This document shows positions 60,066-64,000 of a stretch of DNA of 64,000 bases, in pieces (the first letter of the stretch is position 1; the number at the start of each line of letters is the position of its first letter). The position numbers and the translations under genes are program-made. Under the pieces are notes generated by a model. It was not told the DNA's origin. It made no database searches and saw only the letters and a list, made by a program, of their open reading frames with translations. Source of the DNA: Mobula birostris (lineage: Eukaryota); NCBI RefSeq assembly GCF_030028105.1, contig NC_092375.1, positions 54,349,130 through 54,413,129 on the forward strand, read 5' to 3'.

Positions 60066-60599
60066 CTGCACACACGCACATGTGTATGGTGGAGTTTAAG
60101 AGGGTCTTAGATGAACACATAGATATGAAGGGAATGAAGGGATATGGATGATACACAGGAGAGCAGACTTTATATAAATTGGCATGAAGGCCAAATGTTC
60201 TATCAAAGTGTGGGACTGTTGTGCGTTCTACATTCAATTGCAATGTATTGTCAAGGCAATATTATACTGCAGGGCAATGAAGTGATAGTGCAGTAGAAGT
60301 CAATGAGGGTTACAGAAACACAACAAAGACTGGTTTTCTATGTGTGAACATTGTTGTGTCTGTGCGACAATAGAGAGAGAGTGAGAGAACAATGCTCATA
60401 CGTAGACACCAGATCACTGCAAATGCACAGACAACAGATTATATATAGCACTAAGGGAAGTCATTGCCCTAACAGAAATAGATCCATATGTTACACGTCC
60501 TCCCCATTTAGATTAATGCAACATAAAACTGTATATGTACAAAACATTCAATTTCCCTTTCATAACCTATATTCCAATTAAAATGTATTCACAATTACA

Positions 60600-61085
60600 G
60601 TCAGAATCAGAATCAGGTTTATTATCACAGCATGTGACGTGAAATTTGTTAACTTAGCAGCAGCAGTTAAATGCAATACATAATCTAGCATAGAAAAAAT
60701 AATAATAAATAATCAAGTAAATCAATTACATATATTGAATAGATTTTAAAAAATGTGCAAAAACAGAAATACTGTATGTTAAAAAAAAGTGAGGTAGTGT
60801 CCAAAGCTTCAATGTCCATCTAGGAATCGGATGGCAGAGGGGAAGAAGCTGATCCTGAATCGCTGAGTGTGTGCCTTCAGGCTTCTGTACCTCCTACCTG
60901 ATGGTAACAGTGAGAAAAGGGCATGCCCTGGGTGCTGGGCGTCCTTGATAATGGACGCTGCCTTTCTGAGACACTGCTCCTTGAAGATGTCCTGGGTACT
61001 TTGTAGGCTAGTACCCAAGATGGAGCTGACTAGATTTACAACCCTCTGCAGGTTCATTCGGTCCTGTGCTGTAGCCCCTCCATAC
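60600..61085 (-). mobile_element. Rex1-like 3' fragment inside the composite
   Basis: WYGGATAQDRMNLQRVV..HPGHALFSLLPSGRRYRSL; CAGAAT-repeat tail near 60600. Confidence 0.8.
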
Positions 61086-62071
61086 CAGAGGCACGATGAG
61101 AATGTTGTCGTTGACAAGTCACCTGTCAAACCAGATACCACTCCACAGCTAAGCCACCACTAAGCACATCTTTCCCTCTCTACGTCTCTGGCTTTTCCGC
61201 AGGGATCGTTCCCTCCGCGACTCCCTGGCCCACACGTCCCTCCCCACGGATCTCCCACCCGGCATTTATCCCTGCAAGCGTAAGTGCTGCACCTGTCCCC
61301 TACACCTCCTCTCTCACCACTATTCAGGGCCCCAAATAGTCCTTCCAGGCGAGGCAACACTTCACTTGTGAGTCTGTTGGGGTCATCTATTGCATCCGGT
61401 GCTCCTGGTGCGGCCTCCTCTACATTGCTGAGACCTGACACAGACTGGGGGACAGCTTCATCGAGCACCTCCGCTCCATCCGCCACAACAGACAGGATCT
61501 CCCGGTTACCGCCCACTATAACTCTGCTTCACATTCCCATTCCGATATGTCCACACATCCCTCCTCTACTGCCATGATGAGGCCATATCAGCTTGGAGGA
61601 GCAACACCTCATATACTGTCTGGGTAGTCTCCAGCCCCTGGGCATGAACATTGAATTCTCCAGCTTCCGGTAATTCCCTCCCACTCCCTTCCCCCATCCC
61701 AGTTTCACTCTGCCACCTCCCCTAGCTGCCTATCACCTCCCTCATGGTTCTGCCTCCTTCTATTACCCATTGTGTTTTCCCCTATTCCTTCTTCACCTTT
61801 CCTGCCTATCCCATCCCTGCTTCCCTTCCCCCACCCCTTGATCTTTCCCCTTACTGGTTTTTCACCTGGAACCTACCAGCCTTCTCCTTCCCATCCTCCC
61901 CCACCTACTTTATAGGGCCTCTGCTCTCTGCCCCCTCCCTCTTCAGTTCTGACGAAGGTTCTCGGCCCAAAACATTGACTGTTCGTTGACACAGATGCTG
62001 CCCGACCTGCTGAGTTCCTCCAGCGGGCTGTGTGTGTTGCTTTGACCCCAGCATCTGCAGAGTATTTTATG

Positions 62072-62620
62072 CCCACTTGGAGTACTGTGTTCAGTTCTGG
62101 TCACCTCACTGTAGGAAGGATGTGGATACTATAGAAAAAGTGCAGAGGAGATTTACAAGGATGTTCCCTGGATTGGAGGGTGTATCTTATGAGAAGATGT
62201 TGAGTGAACTTGGCCTTTTCTCCTTGAGTGACAGAGGATGAGAGGTGACTTGATAGAAGTGTATAAGATGATGAGAGGCATCGATCACGTGGATAGCCAG
62301 AGGTTTTTTCCCCAAGGCTGAAATAGCTAACACGAGGGGGCATAGTTTTAAGGTGCTTGGAAATCGGTACCAAGGGGATGTCAGGGGTGAGTTTTTCACA
62401 CAGAGAGTGGTAGGTGCATGGAATTCACTGCCGGCAATGGTGGTGGAGTCGAATACAATAGGGTCTTTTAAGAATGTCTTAGATAGATACATGGATCTTG
62501 GAAAAATAGAGGGCTATGCGCTAGGGAAATTCTGGGCAGTCTCCAGAGCAGGTGACATGGTTGGCACAACATCGTGGGCCAAAGGGCCTGTAATGTGCTG
62601 TAAATTTCTATGTTCTACGT
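62072..62620 (+). mobile_element. CR1 right part and 3' tail
   Basis: Resumes PHLEYCVQFWSPHCRKDVDTIEKVQRRFTR; FFTQRVVGAWNSLP; CTATGTT tail. Confidence 0.9.
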
Positions 62621-63330
62621 TCTACGTATGTCCTTGAAAACTCCCACTAATTGGTTTGCACAGATTTTCACTGGCCTGCAAGGTACACCACCAGGCTCTT
62701 ACGGCTTGCGAGCATTCATCCTCTTGAAAGATGTTCTGACGTCAGCCTCTGAGACAGAAATCACAGGGTCACCAGATGCCACAGGGATTCAGACAAATGT
62801 GGCTTCATTCTCCCCTTGAAAGCATGACCGAAAGGCATTGAGCTATACTTAGAGTAAAGCATCGCAGCCATTCATGATATTAGGCTTCGCTTTGCTGGAA
62901 ATAATGGCCTGCAAACATTGCCAGAGCTGCTGTGTGCCTGATTCCATCTCTAACCTCAATTGGAATTGTTTTCTGCTCTTTAAATAACCTTCCATAAGTA
63001 GGACCTCCTGCATTGTTCTAGATCACTGGTCTTGAATACCATAGTTTGGGCCTCAGTAGATTACGAATCTCCTGGTTCATCAATGGCTTTTGGTTTGGGT
63101 ATGTCTGGTATGTTCTCGATGACACATGCTCATCCACACAGGTCTTGATGAAGCTGATGACTACTCTGGCATATTCATTCAGACTTGAAGATGAATCCCT
63201 GAACATTGTCAAATCCACTAATTTAAAGCAGTCCCATAAGTGCTCCTCCAACTCTCTTGACCATAGCTTCTTGGTCCTCACGACTGGTGATGTGGTCGGT
63301 TCCTGTCTATCCAATATATCCTATATATGC
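62620..63330 (-). mobile_element. Rex1-like LINE fragment
   Basis: LWDCFKLVD..FRDSSSSLNEYA..FIKTCVD..YPNQKP; GPGGVP-like motif near 62690. Confidence 0.75.
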
Positions 63331-63399
63331 AGTCTCTTTGAGTACCTTCCAATAATGTACGCACTACTGACATCAGACTCACTGGCCGATAATTTCCTG

Positions 63400-64000
63400 A
63401 CATATTTTTAGAGCTGTTCTTAAACAATGCAACAACTCCTCCAACCCTCCATCACCTCATCTGTGTCTTAGAATATTTTACATTCCTCTTCTAGGGCCCC
63501 TGCAATTTCTGCACTGGTATCCCACAAGATCAGAGGGGACTCATTGTCTGGCCTTAGGGACTTAAGCATGCTAATTTACCCTAAGACAACGATCACCTCT
63601 TCCTCTGTAATCCATAAGATCCACTGTTGTTTTGTTTCAGTTCCATGGACTCTATGTCCATATCCCAAGTGAATACAGATGTGAAAAATCCATTTAAGAC
63701 CTCCCCTACATCTTCCTTCTCCATACAAAGAGTGCCATGCTGATCGTCAGTGAGACTAATGTTGTCCCTTATTATCCTTTACCTCTTCATAGATATATCT
63801 GTAGAAGCCCTTAGGATCATCACCTTGACTGTTAGGAGTAATCTTATGTCTTTGTTTAGCCCTCCTGATTTCTCTCTTGTGTTTTCTTGATTTCTTATAG
63901 TCCTCAAGTATTTCATTTGTTCCTTGCTGCTTATATCTGCTATGCACTTCCTTCTTTTTTCTTAACTAGGTTAACTCTCAAAACCCAAGGTTCCTTGCAC
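63400..64000 (-). mobile_element. Decayed CR1 fragment
   Basis: KREIRRAK..DPKGFYRYI motif; reverse-complement SPGPD region near 63545. Confidence 0.7.

Larger units (their letters stand above)
58067..62071. mobile_element. Composite block bounded by inverted Penelope-like GIY-YIG arms
   Basis: Arms at about 58071-58995 (minus) and 61086-62070 (plus); exact 14-bp duplication CCCACTTGGAGTAC at 58053-58066 and 62072-62085 in a colinear CR1. Confidence 0.8.

Overview
Eukaryotic, repeat-dense genomic DNA. The repeat complement (CR1 LINEs, V-domain/HE1-type SINEs, Penelope-like GIY-YIG fragments, Rex1, Tx1, Gypsy) points to a cartilaginous fish, probably a ray; this is inference. Most ORF-track entries are transposon fragments or antisense noise. 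One host gene is supported on the minus strand: a small type I membrane receptor. Its exons are a signal peptide (46013-46067), one CD2/SLAM/CEACAM-like IgV domain (45567-45911), a transmembrane segment (33880-33999) and a tentative terminal exon with a YxxM motif (8342-8433). All junctions are phase 1, giving a predicted protein of about 203 aa. Mobile elements include two decayed Gypsy LTR retrotransposons (one with PNMA-like gag), a TSD-flanked solo LTR holding a 37-bp minisatellite, a Buster hAT transposon, an RNase H-bearing I/Nimb-like LINE, a young Tx1 LINE, and RTE, Rex1, L2 and many CR1 pieces. The most unusual structure is a ~4-kb block (58067-62071). It is bounded by two inverted, tail-outward Penelope-like arms and flanked by an exact 14-bp duplication inside a colinear CR1, so it looks like a single composite insertion carrying cargo. 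Coordinates were read by eye; repeat boundaries are approximate unless TSDs or TIRs are quoted. No database searches were run.
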